Of a stretch of DNA of 64,000 bases, positions 9,232-19,908 are shown piece by piece. This DNA comes from Candidatus Omnitrophota bacterium. Lineage in GTDB: Bacteria > Omnitrophota > Gorgyraeia > Zapsychrales > Fredricksoniimonadaceae. Numbering within the stretch: the stretch's first letter is position 1; every line of letters begins with the position of its first letter. The stretch is taken from positions 6,433 to 70,432 of the forward strand of contig CAJARJ010000015.1 of NCBI GenBank assembly GCA_903944345.1, in the 5' to 3' direction. The translations under genes and the position numbers were made by a program. The notes below the pieces were generated by a model, which had not been told where the DNA came from, did no database searches, and saw only the letters and a list, made by a program, of their open reading frames with translations.

Positions 9232-9505
9232 GTTCGGCCTCCTGGTTAGGTGTTTTACACCCCAGAGACTCTACTGGCAAGTGGCTTTAATTATTGGGGA
9301 GAGGTCAAAAGCCCCCCTGATCTTTATATTATTTATCCAACTACTAGGTAAAAAAAAGCGACCCCTTACGGAGCCGCTATCAAAATGCCCAAAATGAAGG
9401 GATTTATCTTAAAATCCCCTCTTCTTCAAAATTAACATACTTCATAATATCCTCCTGTTTTACAGACCAAGTATAACATGGTTACACCTTATAAACAACA
9501 CTATT

Positions 9506-10513
9506 CTAAACGACCTTCCCCGTCTCAAGATTGCACTCTTTGGATGATTCAACAGGAGTATGCTTCTGTAAGATTTCCTTAAACTGCTCTGAATCTTTTA
9601 CTCTAGTAAAATCAGCATCGCACTTTGCTAGTTTAACATATCTCAAAGCATTAATTTTTAAAACAATTTCCAAATATTTTCCCCAATCCTTATCTTCCAA
9701 AAGAGCCAGATAACATGCAAGATTATAATTCGCCCTAGGATTTTGAGAAGAAAATTTTAAAATCTGTTTTAGAATCTCAACTGCTTCTCTTAGATCCCCT
9801 TTCCAACGCAATGCTCTTGCTTTATCAATATACGCATCTAAAAAACTACTTTTCTCAGAGATAGCCTTCTCAAAAAAACCTATCGCTGTATCATAGACCT
9901 TACTTTGGAACCAACACAATCCCATGCCATAATATACTTTTGCCTTATCGACGTCAGGGGATTTTAACGAATTCTCATATGCTAATAATGCATTAGGATA
10001 ATCTCCCGTCTTTTGCAAAGCATGACCTCGATACAGACACACTTCAAAACTTGATTGGTCAGTTAGACGATATAGAATTTCCAATGCATCCGTATAATAA
10101 CCCTGTAGATAAAAAATACGTGCTGTTGCAAACTCGAATTCTGATGTCTCGCGTGTCTGAAGCTCAACATACTTATTTTGCAACGCTTCAAACTTCTTCT
10201 TAATGTCTTCTTCCGCCTCTCTAAGACTAGAAAGTCTCTGTATACCAAAAAAGGCAAATGCCGTGAACGCAAAGCCAACCAGAGTCACAGCCCAAGATAA
10301 ATACTGCATAATAAAATCAGTATGTTGCAGTATGAGGTTAATATCTGTTGTTTGAGTTGTAGAAATATCACTCGGTAATATTACAGGGCAATATTTTTGC
10401 AATAAACCGGCTAACCACGGCGTTGTGAACATTAAATGAATAATTAAAAATAGAAATGCGATAATTACAAAAATCCCGATCACAGAAAGAATAAAACCGT
10501 TGAATTTCTTCAT
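9506..10513 (-). CDS. Membrane-anchored TPR-repeat protein (two N-terminal TM helices, a coiled coil, then TPR repeats)
   Basis: Hydrophobic N-terminus 'FILSVIGIFVIIAFLFLIIHL'. Repeated Y/A/L-rich 34-aa TPR-like units. AT-rich island context. Confidence 0.55.
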   Translation of the reverse strand: MKKFNGFILSVIGIFVIIAFLFLIIHLMFTTPWLAGLLQKYCPVILPSDISTTQTTDINLILQHTDFIMQYLSWAVTLVGFAFTAFAFFGIQRLSSLREAEEDIKKKFEALQNKYVELQTRETSEFEFATARIFYLQGYYTDALEILYRLTDQSSFEVCLYRGHALQKTGDYPNALLAYENSLKSPDVDKAKVYYGMGLCWFQSKVYDTAIGFFEKAISEKSSFLDAYIDKARALRWKGDLREAVEILKQILKFSSQNPRANYNLACYLALLEDKDWGKYLEIVLKINALRYVKLAKCDADFTRVKDSEQFKEILQKHTPVESSKECNLETGKVV

Positions 10514-10757
10514 AAATTTTCCCAGACTTTACACGTAGTTGGTAATGGGGGCTTTATACTAATTCAATTAATTCTATATAAGAAACTTTCCTATGGCAAT
10601 CAATATATCGAAAACACCCATAGACTAAATTAAGCACAAATTCTTGCCACAATTTTGCCACACTAATCCGATAAGTCGAAACAATTGGAAGAAACTACGG
10701 AAAACTAATTGAAAGTAAAATCAACTAGCCATTAAGCAGGGTGTTGCCGTAAGTATA

Positions 10758-10794
10758 TGACAAAACGGCGTGTTACATCACTGTAACACGCCGT
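10758..10794 (-). terminator. Rho-independent terminator downstream of tRNA-Met
   Basis: Perfect 13-bp stem ACGGCGTGTTACA with loop tcac, followed on the minus strand by TTTTG. Confidence 0.6.
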
Positions 10795-10803
10795 CGGTGA
10801 AAG

Positions 10804-10877
<74 letters not shown>

Positions 10878-10883
10878 ATGTCT

Positions 10884-11384
10884 TTACTGACCCGACGTTT
10901 TCCCGGTCTTCGTTTTTACTGCCGTCGTGGTCGCTGTTGTCTTCTTTTTTGCTACTGGCGTCGTTTTCTTTTTATCGGACGACGCTTTTTTCTTGCTCTG
11001 GGACGACTCTGTTTTTTTCGTTGCCGTCTTTGAAGATGTTATCTTACTCGTTTCTGCGGCAGAAGGCAATGATTTTTTATCTTCTGCTGTTTTTTCTTCT
11101 ACCGACACCGACGGTTTTTGCCCCTGCGGCAGAATTTTGTAAATAACTTCGTCTTCCTTGATAATACCGAATTTTTCTCGCCCTACCCGCGCCAGATACT
11201 CGGGATCCTGCTCCAGACGGCGTCTTTCTTCCTGCAACACATTATTTTCTGCCGACAGCTCGCGAATCTTGTGATCATACGAACTGTTGCGCTGATGCAG
11301 CTCCTGCATCTGCAAATACGACGGCATAAAAAAAACAAAGATCGCAGTGCATATGCCGAAGATATAAAGGGCGTTGCGTATCAC
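10884..11384 (-). CDS. ftsB: FtsB/DivIC-like septum formation initiator with a long K/T/S-rich low-complexity C-terminal tail
   Basis: N-terminal TM segment, then a coiled coil 'RELSAENNVLQEERRRLEQDPEYLARVGREKFG' typical of FtsB. Conserved position immediately downstream of eno. Confidence 0.65.
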   Translation of the reverse strand: MIRNALYIFGICTAIFVFFMPSYLQMQELHQRNSSYDHKIRELSAENNVLQEERRRLEQDPEYLARVGREKFGIIKEDEVIYKILPQGQKPSVSVEEKTAEDKKSLPSAAETSKITSSKTATKKTESSQSKKKASSDKKKTTPVAKKKTTATTTAVKTKTGKTSGQ

Positions 11385-11408
11385 GTTGCCGCCACCCTTC
11401 CTGAAAAA

Positions 11409-12701
<1,293 letters not shown>

Positions 12702-13015
12702 TCAGAACTGTATAAAAAGATATTCGTATGACCCAAACCACTGCGGTTGAGTCCGAACTTGCAAAATCGAATCTGGAATGAAAACAGTCCGGGTAGATTA
12801 ACATCCGCCCAGTTGTCCGTCAAATAAAATTTCCAGATACCGCCTGCCCGTAGCCTCTACGGGCGAAGAGACCTTTTTTGAAAGCATGTTTGTTTGACGT
12901 ATACCTTTGTGTATGTTATTCTTACGCTAACATTTTACGCCGGTCTCAGCCGCTGGTACAGAATTCTGACCCTGTAACAGCCCGAATTAATATTAACTTT
13001 TTTCCGAGGACCTTT

Positions 13016-15499
13016 ATGCCAAAAATCAAGTTTCTCACATGGCTGCAACTTAACTGGGTCAAACTTCTTCTTATAGCTTTGGCTGCGTCTTTTGTGATCA
13101 CGGTCGTGACCATGCTCGTTTTTGGCTTCAGCAGCTTTGCCTCGCTGGAATCCTTCAGCCGCAAACAGATGATGGCCCAGATGGGGATGTACCTTTTTAT
13201 GGGCATTGTGCAAGGCGTCATTTTTACCTCGATGTACGGCGTCATGTACTACTTCATGTTCATGGGTGGCGGCATGGCCAAATTTCTGGGCAGCGATTCT
13301 GCCACGCATACCAAAGCCAACGTTAAGTGGGACGAAGTCATCGGCATGGAACAGGCCAAAAAAGAGGCCTGGGAAATTGTGCAATTCCTCAAAGATCGCA
13401 AACTGCTGAAGGTTATTGGCGGCAACATCATCAAAGGAGCACTGCTGGTCGGCGGCCCCGGCTGCGGTAAAACTTACCTGGCCAAAGCCATCGCCACTGA
13501 GGCAGGCCTGCCTTTTATTTCCGCTGTCGGCAGCGAGTTTGTAGCCATGTTTGTTGGACTCGGAGCCGCCCGCATGAAATCCCTGTTCAAAGAAGCCCGC
13601 AAAATGGCCAAACTGGAAGGCGGCTGTATCATTTTCATTGACGAGATCGACTCTTTTGCCCGTCCGCGCACCGGCGAATCACCCGGCAACATAGGAGCAC
13701 AGAACGATCACAACGCCACCATCAACCAGTTTCTGACCGAACTCGACGGACTGCGCCAGACAGAAAACAACATTGTCGTTATCGCCGCCACCAACGTCCC
13801 CGAAGAAGAACTGGATCCGGCCATCATGCGCTCGGGCCGCTTTGACCGCAAAATCGAAATCAACAAGCCGACAGCCCATGACCGGGAAGCCCTGCTGCGC
13901 TTCTACCTCAAGAAGATTTCCTCCGACCCCGAGATTAATATCACCGATACCGCCGACCGGATGAAATGGTTCTCGCCGGCTGACGTTAACAACATGGTGC
14001 GGGAAGCGGCCATTATCGCCATGCGCGAGTCCCGGCAGCACGCCAACCAGCAGGACATCAACAAAGCACTTGAACGCGTCATGCATTCCCTCGAAAAAAC
14101 CGGCGGCGACAAAATCCTTTCCTCCCGCATCAACGTGAAGTGGACTGAAGTTATCGGCATGGAAAGCGCCAAAAAAGAAGCCTGGGAAATCGTGGAACTG
14201 CTCAAGGATCGCAGTCTTGTGCAGGCTATCGGCGGAAAAATCGTCAAAGGTATCCTTCTGCTGGGGCCGCCGGGCTGCGGCAAGACCCATCTGGCCAAAG
14301 CCATGGCCACCGAAGCCGGCTACCCGTTTATATCGGTCAGCGGCAGCGAGTTTATTGAAATGTTTGTCGGTGTCGGCCCCAAACGCGTCCGTTCGCTCTT
14401 TAAGGAAGCGCGCGCGTTAGCCAAGGTCGAAGGCGGCTGCATTATTTTTGTAGACGAAATCGACTCCTTTGCCTCGCCGCGCGGCATCGAAATGGGCGGT
14501 GGCGGGATGACCGAACACAATAACACCATCAACCAGTTTCTCACAGAGATGGATGGCCTGCGCCACAACGAAAACAATATTGTTATTCTTGCCGCCACCA
14601 ATGTTGCCGAAAACCAGCTGGATCAGGCTCTTCTGCGGGCCGGACGGTTTGAGCGCAAGATTTATGTGACCCGGCCAAACCTTAATGAACGGCGCGACCT
14701 CTTTGATTTCTATCTCAAAAAAGTCCAGACTGCCGAGGACGTCAAATCTGACATGCTGGCCCGCAAAACACTGTGGTTTTCCCCGGCCGATATCGATAAC
14801 ATGATCCGTGAAGCCGGACTGATTGCCCTGCGCGAGAAACGTGATCGCATCAACTTCAAAGACTTGTCCAAAGCCTACGACCGCATTCTTTACGGCGAAA
14901 AATCCAACACTATTCTCAGCCAGCACGAAAAAGAATGGGTCTCCTATCACGAGGCCGGGCACGCTATTATCGGCTATCTGCTGCATCCGACCAACGACGT
15001 CATTAAAGCCACCATCATTCCGCACAAGGGTGCGCTGGGATTTGTGGCTCCCCGACCGAAAGAAGAAGTCAATATCCGCAGCAAGGAATGGTATCTGGCA
15101 GAAATCAAGGTTTCGGTTGCCAGCTACGCAGCGGAAAAAATCAAGTTCGGCACTACCGGCAGCGGTGTTTCAGCGGATTTCCAGAGCGCCTTGTCCACGG
15201 CCCGCCAGATGGTCTGGAACTGGGGCATGGGACGTTCCGGCCTGCTGGGAGACCTGTCCATGACCGGGCACCCGCACCAGTCCCTGATCTCGGAACGAAC
15301 CAAAGAAAAGCTCGATGACGACGTTCAGGAGATACTCACCTCCTGTCTCAAGGAAGTGACTGAAATTCTTTCGCGCAGAACCGACCTGCTGGATACTTTT
15401 GCGCAGGAACTGCAGGCCAAAGGAGAGTTGGAATACGACGAAATCCAGGCGATCTTTGACCGTTTTGGCCTTAAACCCGAAACCCGGTTACTCGCATGA
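13016..15499 (+). CDS. FtsH-like membrane AAA+ zinc metalloprotease with two tandem AAA+ modules and one C-terminal M41 peptidase domain
   Basis: Two complete AAA modules: 'VGGPGCGKTYLAKA...IIFIDEIDS...ATNVPEEELDPAIMRSGRFDRKI' and 'LGPPGCGKTHLAKA...IIFVDEIDS...ATNVAENQLDQALLRAGRFERKI'. The protease motif 'HEAGHAI' follows. Two N-terminal TM helices with only a short periplasmic loop. Start chosen at the ATG at 13016, which has a GAGGA Shine-Dalgarno 8 nt upstream, rather than the ORF-track ATG at 12878. Confidence 0.8.
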   Translation: MPKIKFLTWLQLNWVKLLLIALAASFVITVVTMLVFGFSSFASLESFSRKQMMAQMGMYLFMGIVQGVIFTSMYGVMYYFMFMGGGMAKFLGSDSATHTKANVKWDEVIGMEQAKKEAWEIVQFLKDRKLLKVIGGNIIKGALLVGGPGCGKTYLAKAIATEAGLPFISAVGSEFVAMFVGLGAARMKSLFKEARKMAKLEGGCIIFIDEIDSFARPRTGESPGNIGAQNDHNATINQFLTELDGLRQTENNIVVIAATNVPEEELDPAIMRSGRFDRKIEINKPTAHDREALLRFYLKKISSDPEINITDTADRMKWFSPADVNNMVREAAIIAMRESRQHANQQDINKALERVMHSLEKTGGDKILSSRINVKWTEVIGMESAKKEAWEIVELLKDRSLVQAIGGKIVKGILLLGPPGCGKTHLAKAMATEAGYPFISVSGSEFIEMFVGVGPKRVRSLFKEARALAKVEGGCIIFVDEIDSFASPRGIEMGGGGMTEHNNTINQFLTEMDGLRHNENNIVILAATNVAENQLDQALLRAGRFERKIYVTRPNLNERRDLFDFYLKKVQTAEDVKSDMLARKTLWFSPADIDNMIREAGLIALREKRDRINFKDLSKAYDRILYGEKSNTILSQHEKEWVSYHEAGHAIIGYLLHPTNDVIKATIIPHKGALGFVAPRPKEEVNIRSKEWYLAEIKVSVASYAAEKIKFGTTGSGVSADFQSALSTARQMVWNWGMGRSGLLGDLSMTGHPHQSLISERTKEKLDDDVQEILTSCLKEVTEILSRRTDLLDTFAQELQAKGELEYDEIQAIFDRFGLKPETRLLA

Positions 15500-16515
15500 T
15501 CCGTACTCTTTGCGGTCTGTTTATTCTTATTTTTCTGAGCAGTGGCTGCGGCCTGCTGAAGGACAAAACCTACACACTCTCCCAGGCCGAGGAGAAACTG
15601 GTCGAATTCTGTGCCCGGGAGGGAGAAACTGCAATTGCAACCCGCCGGCAGGGACGCACCCAATGGATATACCTTCCCATGGAAGATCCGCTTTTTGACT
15701 TCAAACTGTCCCCCGGCCACGGGCATACCAAAAAGAAAATACCCCCCCTCATGCTGCTGTCGCTTGAGGGTCAATATACGGAAGGAACCTTTTCCTTTGA
15801 TTACGACACCATCACCGATGTTATCCCGCCGGATCCAACTGACTACGGCTCGGCCTACACTGAAACCTATATCAAAAAACGTCAACTCATTTACCAGGCC
15901 CTGCAGGAAACCTTCTTCAACCTTGACGACGACGAAGAAACCCGCGACTCCGCGCCCCTCTTTTTTGTCATCGTAATCGCCGACACCTCCAAAGGGCTGG
16001 CCACCAGAAGCACGGTCTACTTTTCCGACATACGCGGGTATCTGACAGCCGCAATACCACCCGATGAATATTATCTGCGGGAACGCATTGAAATCATTGG
16101 CGACGAAGAAATGATCGGGAATACGACCGGGGAAGGACTTGAATTCAATGATGTTGCCTGGCCGGAATTTCTGGCCGAACAAATCAAGTTCCGCGCCCGC
16201 TTCAAATTTACCCAGAGCGACTTTCCTCCCGAATCCGACCCGGGACAAACTATCGCCGGCATCGCGGTGAACACTCTGCGTTTCTACCCTTTCAAGGAAT
16301 ATGACCGCATCGTGACAACTGATATACGGGCAAAAAACAGCAAGACCTATACAAAAGAGGACTTTGTTCTGCTGGAAGAAAAACCTCTTTGGGAAAAAAA
16401 CGCCTCAAGAATGCACGTTATCCGCTTCTCTCCGACGACAATGGGCATTGATACCAACTTGACTTCCGACAAGGAAGAAGATTCGCAGAACCACAGCGGA
16501 CTCAGCTGGGAATAA
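15496..16515 (+). CDS. Lipoprotein of unknown function, translationally coupled (ATGA overlap) to the tandem-AAA FtsH-like gene
   Basis: Signal peptide plus lipobox 'FLSSGC'. No recognised domain. Confidence 0.6.
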   Translation: MIRTLCGLFILIFLSSGCGLLKDKTYTLSQAEEKLVEFCAREGETAIATRRQGRTQWIYLPMEDPLFDFKLSPGHGHTKKKIPPLMLLSLEGQYTEGTFSFDYDTITDVIPPDPTDYGSAYTETYIKKRQLIYQALQETFFNLDDDEETRDSAPLFFVIVIADTSKGLATRSTVYFSDIRGYLTAAIPPDEYYLRERIEIIGDEEMIGNTTGEGLEFNDVAWPEFLAEQIKFRARFKFTQSDFPPESDPGQTIAGIAVNTLRFYPFKEYDRIVTTDIRAKNSKTYTKEDFVLLEEKPLWEKNASRMHVIRFSPTTMGIDTNLTSDKEEDSQNHSGLSWE

Positions 16516-17104
16516 CTGTCCGCCCGCAAATTTTCAGCCGTCCGCTTACAAACATTTCGACCGCCTGAGGATACAGCCGGTGCTCCGCGCGATGAATCCG
16601 GGCAGCCAGAGTTTCGCGAGTGTCTTGCGCAAGAATCCGTACGGGCGCCTGGGCAATGATCGGGCCGTGATCAATCTGTTCATCCACAAAATGCACTGTC
16701 ACTCCGGTAACCCGGACTCCGTAAGCCAGCGCGTCCTCGATAGCGTGCCCCCCCTTGAAAGCCGGCAGCAACGAAGGATGAATATTCATGATCCGTCCGC
16801 GAAAAGCGTCAATAAACAACGGTGACAAAATTCTCATGTACCCGGCCAGAACCACCAGGTCAATCTGTTCGCGCTGCAAAAGCTCGACGCAGGCCTGGTC
16901 ATAAGCTTCCCGGGAAGGAAAATCGCGCGGAACCAGAGAGACAATTGACGGCACTTTAGCCCGGCGCGCACGCGTCAGCGCATAGGCTGCGGGCCGATCC
17001 GAAAAGACCAGCTTCAAATCTGCCGCAATCTTTCCTTTCCGGCAGGAATTGATAATAGCCTGCAGATTGGATCCATTTCCGGAAGCAAAGACCGCCAAAT
17101 TCAT
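16502..17104 (-). CDS. purN: Phosphoribosylglycinamide formyltransferase
   Basis: 'MNLAVFASGNGSNLQAII...' and 'HPSLLPAFKG' are PurN signatures. Confidence 0.9.
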   Translation of the reverse strand: MNLAVFASGNGSNLQAIINSCRKGKIAADLKLVFSDRPAAYALTRARRAKVPSIVSLVPRDFPSREAYDQACVELLQREQIDLVVLAGYMRILSPLFIDAFRGRIMNIHPSLLPAFKGGHAIEDALAYGVRVTGVTVHFVDEQIDHGPIIAQAPVRILAQDTRETLAARIHRAEHRLYPQAVEMFVSGRLKICGRTVIPS

Positions 17105-17131
17105 CTGTCCTCCTGCCTAATAATAAATTCT

Positions 17132-18391
17132 TCAGGCTGCGGTGCGCCTTGAATATCTGTACAACCCCACAATCCCGCATAACGAAAAAAGCAGCCCGAC
17201 CGTCGCCAGAATCCACGAACGGGAGACGACCTCACTGAGTTTCGCACTCAGCAGCATGGTGACCAGAAACGCCGCATGAATGGCAAACTCCATGGCCGCA
17301 AACACCTTGCCCTGCATCTCCTGCGAGGCCACCTTATGTACAACTGTGTTGGCCGCAATAACTATCGGGCCGACCACACACCCCAAAACCAGGGCAAGGC
17401 CTAATGCCACCCAAAGATTGCGCCAGGCATCGACCAGAATAGCAAAAACAGCCATAAATGCCCCGCCGGCAATCAGGCAGGCAAAAATCGTTTCCACATG
17501 CTTTTTCTTGTCTCCCCATTTACCATAAGCCAAGCTGCCGAGGAACAACCCCAGCCCCAAAGCCACCGCCAGAAAACCCAGATCCTTTGTTTTGCTGCCA
17601 AAAGAGTCCTGGACAAAAACAATAATCACAACATAAATTGCTCCGGCCGCCATGAAGAGCACCATCATCAACTGAATGATGTAACGAATCTCGCGGTTCG
17701 CGGCGATATAGCGAACCCCGGCAAAAGCTTCCTGCACAACATTCCTGTATGTCGAGGCCATATCCCGCCCTTCCCGCATCAGTTCGCGCGGGCGCAACCG
17801 CAAGCGGGGACGAGCCAGGAGAGAAACCAGAAAAGCCGAAATAAAAAAAGTAAACGCATCACATATAAAACCGCCCCTGGCTCCGCCGTACTCAACAATC
17901 AGTCCTCCCAGTAACGCTCCGGCCACAAAGGCAATCATGCCCGTCACGGTGGACAACGAATTGGCCGCATGCAGATGTTCGGGGTCGACCAGTTCGGGAA
18001 TAATCGACATTTTGGCGGGGACATAAAAGCGGCTCAGGCAAAACACCAGAAAAACAACAATATAAATTGGCCACATCGAGGCCCGGTCCATAAAAACCAG
18101 CGGAATCAGAAGGACAATCAGGCCACGAATAATATCACAGACAAAAAGCGTAGTTCTGCGATCCCAGCGATCAACATATACGCCGGCAATAGGCCCGACA
18201 ATAAACACGGGAATAATTGTAAACGCCAACAGTTTGGCCAACTCGATCGCTGAACCAAGATGGGGCCCGGCAACCAGTCCAACCAGAGCCATCTGGTTAA
18301 TCCGGTCTCCGAACTGGGAGATCAGTTGCGCCAGCCAGAACAGCACAAAGTCACGATTACGTAAATTCTCACGAAAACTCATGACGGCCAT
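17132..18391 (-). CDS. MFS transporter
   Basis: 12 predicted TM segments. The N-terminal motif 'FVLFWLAQLISQFGDRINQMAL' is MFS-like. Confidence 0.8.
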   Translation of the reverse strand: MAVMSFRENLRNRDFVLFWLAQLISQFGDRINQMALVGLVAGPHLGSAIELAKLLAFTIIPVFIVGPIAGVYVDRWDRRTTLFVCDIIRGLIVLLIPLVFMDRASMWPIYIVVFLVFCLSRFYVPAKMSIIPELVDPEHLHAANSLSTVTGMIAFVAGALLGGLIVEYGGARGGFICDAFTFFISAFLVSLLARPRLRLRPRELMREGRDMASTYRNVVQEAFAGVRYIAANREIRYIIQLMMVLFMAAGAIYVVIIVFVQDSFGSKTKDLGFLAVALGLGLFLGSLAYGKWGDKKKHVETIFACLIAGGAFMAVFAILVDAWRNLWVALGLALVLGCVVGPIVIAANTVVHKVASQEMQGKVFAAMEFAIHAAFLVTMLLSAKLSEVVSRSWILATVGLLFSLCGIVGLYRYSRRTAA

Positions 18392-18532
18392 TATAAAGGA
18401 AAAAAATCGTGAATGGAAGCAGAGTGAAAGGAAGTTAAAAAGAGTTCCGGGGACGCACCTTCGCCTGCAACGCGCACAGCAAAAGCACGCCCCCGAACGG
18501 AACCCAAGGAGGAGGGAGCCTCCGGAGACCGC

Positions 18533-18901
18533 TTACTCTACCAGAACAGAACTACTGCTGGTTGAATGACCAGAACCGACTGTTCCGGCTGAATCGGGTG
18601 TATCGCCGGAACCTGTTGCGCCCGGAGCTTTGCCAGTGCCTCCCGATGGCATATTGTCAGGCCGACAGGCAAAATATTTCTTGTCCGGTGTATATTCGCA
18701 CACTCCGGCACCCGCACGCCCTGCCTGGCATGAATCTCCCGCGGATTTGCCGGAACACCCCGAGATGGCTTCCTGCGGCGGCTGCATGCCATTGCCCCCC
18801 GGGCCGCCGGATGGACGACCGCCTGTGGCGCCGTCTGCGGCAAAAGCAGACACTGTTAACGCTCCCGCCAGAACAATTGCTCCCCAGATCCCTTTTTGCA
18901 T
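18533..18901 (-). CDS. Small secreted Gly/Ser-rich protein with six cysteines
   Basis: Start at ATG 18901 (AGGAG Shine-Dalgarno). Signal peptide 'MQKGIWGAIVLAGALTVSAFA'. The mature part contains C-x3-C...C...C...C pairs. Confidence 0.5.
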   Translation of the reverse strand: MQKGIWGAIVLAGALTVSAFAADGATGGRPSGGPGGNGMQPPQEAISGCSGKSAGDSCQAGRAGAGVCEYTPDKKYFACRPDNMPSGGTGKAPGATGSGDTPDSAGTVGSGHSTSSSSVLVE

Positions 18902-19076
18902 ATCTACTCCTGTATTTGGTAAAAGAAGCCGCAAGACCTGCCTGTCAGGCCTTTCCACAGATTAGACAACCGCCCCACACAGAAAGTTACTTGTTAAATT
19001 ATCTTTTATTGTCTGAAGCGCTCAAGGAGAAATAAAAAGTCCCCGGCACTCGACGATCAATCGAATGCTGAGGACT

Positions 19077-19149
19077 TTGCAATATAAGCCGACGAAGGGA
19101 GTCGAACCCCCGACCCTCGCTTTACGAAAGCGATGCTCTACCAACTGAG
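19077..19149 (-). tRNA. tRNA-Thr (anticodon CGU)
   Basis: The minus-strand sequence GCCGACGTAGCTCAGTTGGTAGAGCATCGCTTTCGTAAAGCGAGGGTCGGGGGTTCGACTCCCTTCGTCGGCT has a 7-bp acceptor stem and anticodon loop TTCGTAA. Confidence 0.85.
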
Positions 19150-19225
19150 CTACGTCGGCAATAAAAACAATGCCTAAAACGAGAACTTTTATAGCAGACT
19201 TTATCGGGAATGTAAAGAAATCCTG

Positions 19226-19891
19226 TCAACCGTGCGTGTCCCGCAAAGCCTCCAGATGGACAACAATCCGGTCGACATTCACAATCACATCCCGCATAAT
19301 CCCCAGCGCCCGGGCTTCTTTCCCGGCGGCAGACAAACCGGCAGAATCCTTGAGCTCCATATCGGCCACAAAACTTTCGCACGAGTTGCGAATAAGTCCC
19401 AGCGCGTTATTGATCTTGTGCCAGTCCCTTGCGCGGACCGGGTCTTTATCCGGCTGATGAAAATCATTCGACAAACAGACCGGGCCAGGAACAACCAGCG
19501 CTTGCGCCATGGCCGCCAGACGGGAGAGTGGCACCGGCTTTTCCAGCAAGTCGGTTACTCCCAGCGCGGAAATCTCTGCCCGCTCTCCCGGACTGAACAA
19601 CTGCCCGGTCAGCAGCACCACCGGAGTTGCGTTCTTGTCCGCACGCAAAGTCCGCAGGACATGCATACCATCAAGCTCATCGATGGTCATATCCAGAAAG
19701 ACCAGATCAGGGTGCTGCTCCTTGATCAAAGCCAGAGCCCGCCGGCCGCTTCCGGTTGAAAGAACCTCGTAACCGCGACGCTCCATGAACGCGGAAAGAA
19801 TGCTTCTGGAATCCGGTTCATCCTCGACAATCAAAATTTTTCTTCCTGTCATGCCGACAATATAGCATTGACTCTCGTGAAGTGGAATCAA
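19226..19891 (-). CDS. Response regulator: CheY-like receiver fused to a C-terminal Hpt-like helical domain (start may be the internal ATG at 19850)
   Basis: 'KILIVEDEPDSR...LVFLDMTIDELDGMHVL...TPVVLLTG' is a receiver domain. The C-terminus 'HKINNALGLIRNSCESF' is Hpt-like. Confidence 0.7.
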   Translation of the reverse strand: MIPLHESQCYIVGMTGRKILIVEDEPDSRSILSAFMERRGYEVLSTGSGRRALALIKEQHPDLVFLDMTIDELDGMHVLRTLRADKNATPVVLLTGQLFSPGERAEISALGVTDLLEKPVPLSRLAAMAQALVVPGPVCLSNDFHQPDKDPVRARDWHKINNALGLIRNSCESFVADMELKDSAGLSAAGKEARALGIMRDVIVNVDRIVVHLEALRDTHG

Positions 19892-19908
19892 AAATGATTT
19901 TCTTCTGT

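Larger units (their letters stand above)
8109..9306 (-). mobile_element. IS3-family insertion sequence (IS407-group-like, ~1.2 kb) with orfA/orfB and a programmed -1 frameshift
   Basis: OrfA (HTH, IS3/IS911-like) and OrfB (DDE integrase core) overlap at an A7 slippery run (tcAAAAAAAtt, about 8973-8981). A -1 shift fuses ...DVLSKK to ILRPKVKKQAALHMISEHG... The upstream end reads TGACCTCTCCCC (revcomp at 9306), like IS407-group termini. There is an imperfect match GGACCTTACCCC at 8109, with the orfB stop inside the inverted repeat. No clear target-site duplication. Confidence 0.75.

Noticed and set aside
12878-13015. ORF-track start (MKACLFDVY...) for the FtsH-like gene
   Set aside because: No ribosome-binding site, and a Cys/Tyr-rich odd leader. 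The ATG at 13016 has a GAGGA Shine-Dalgarno 8 nt upstream and begins directly before the first TM helix.
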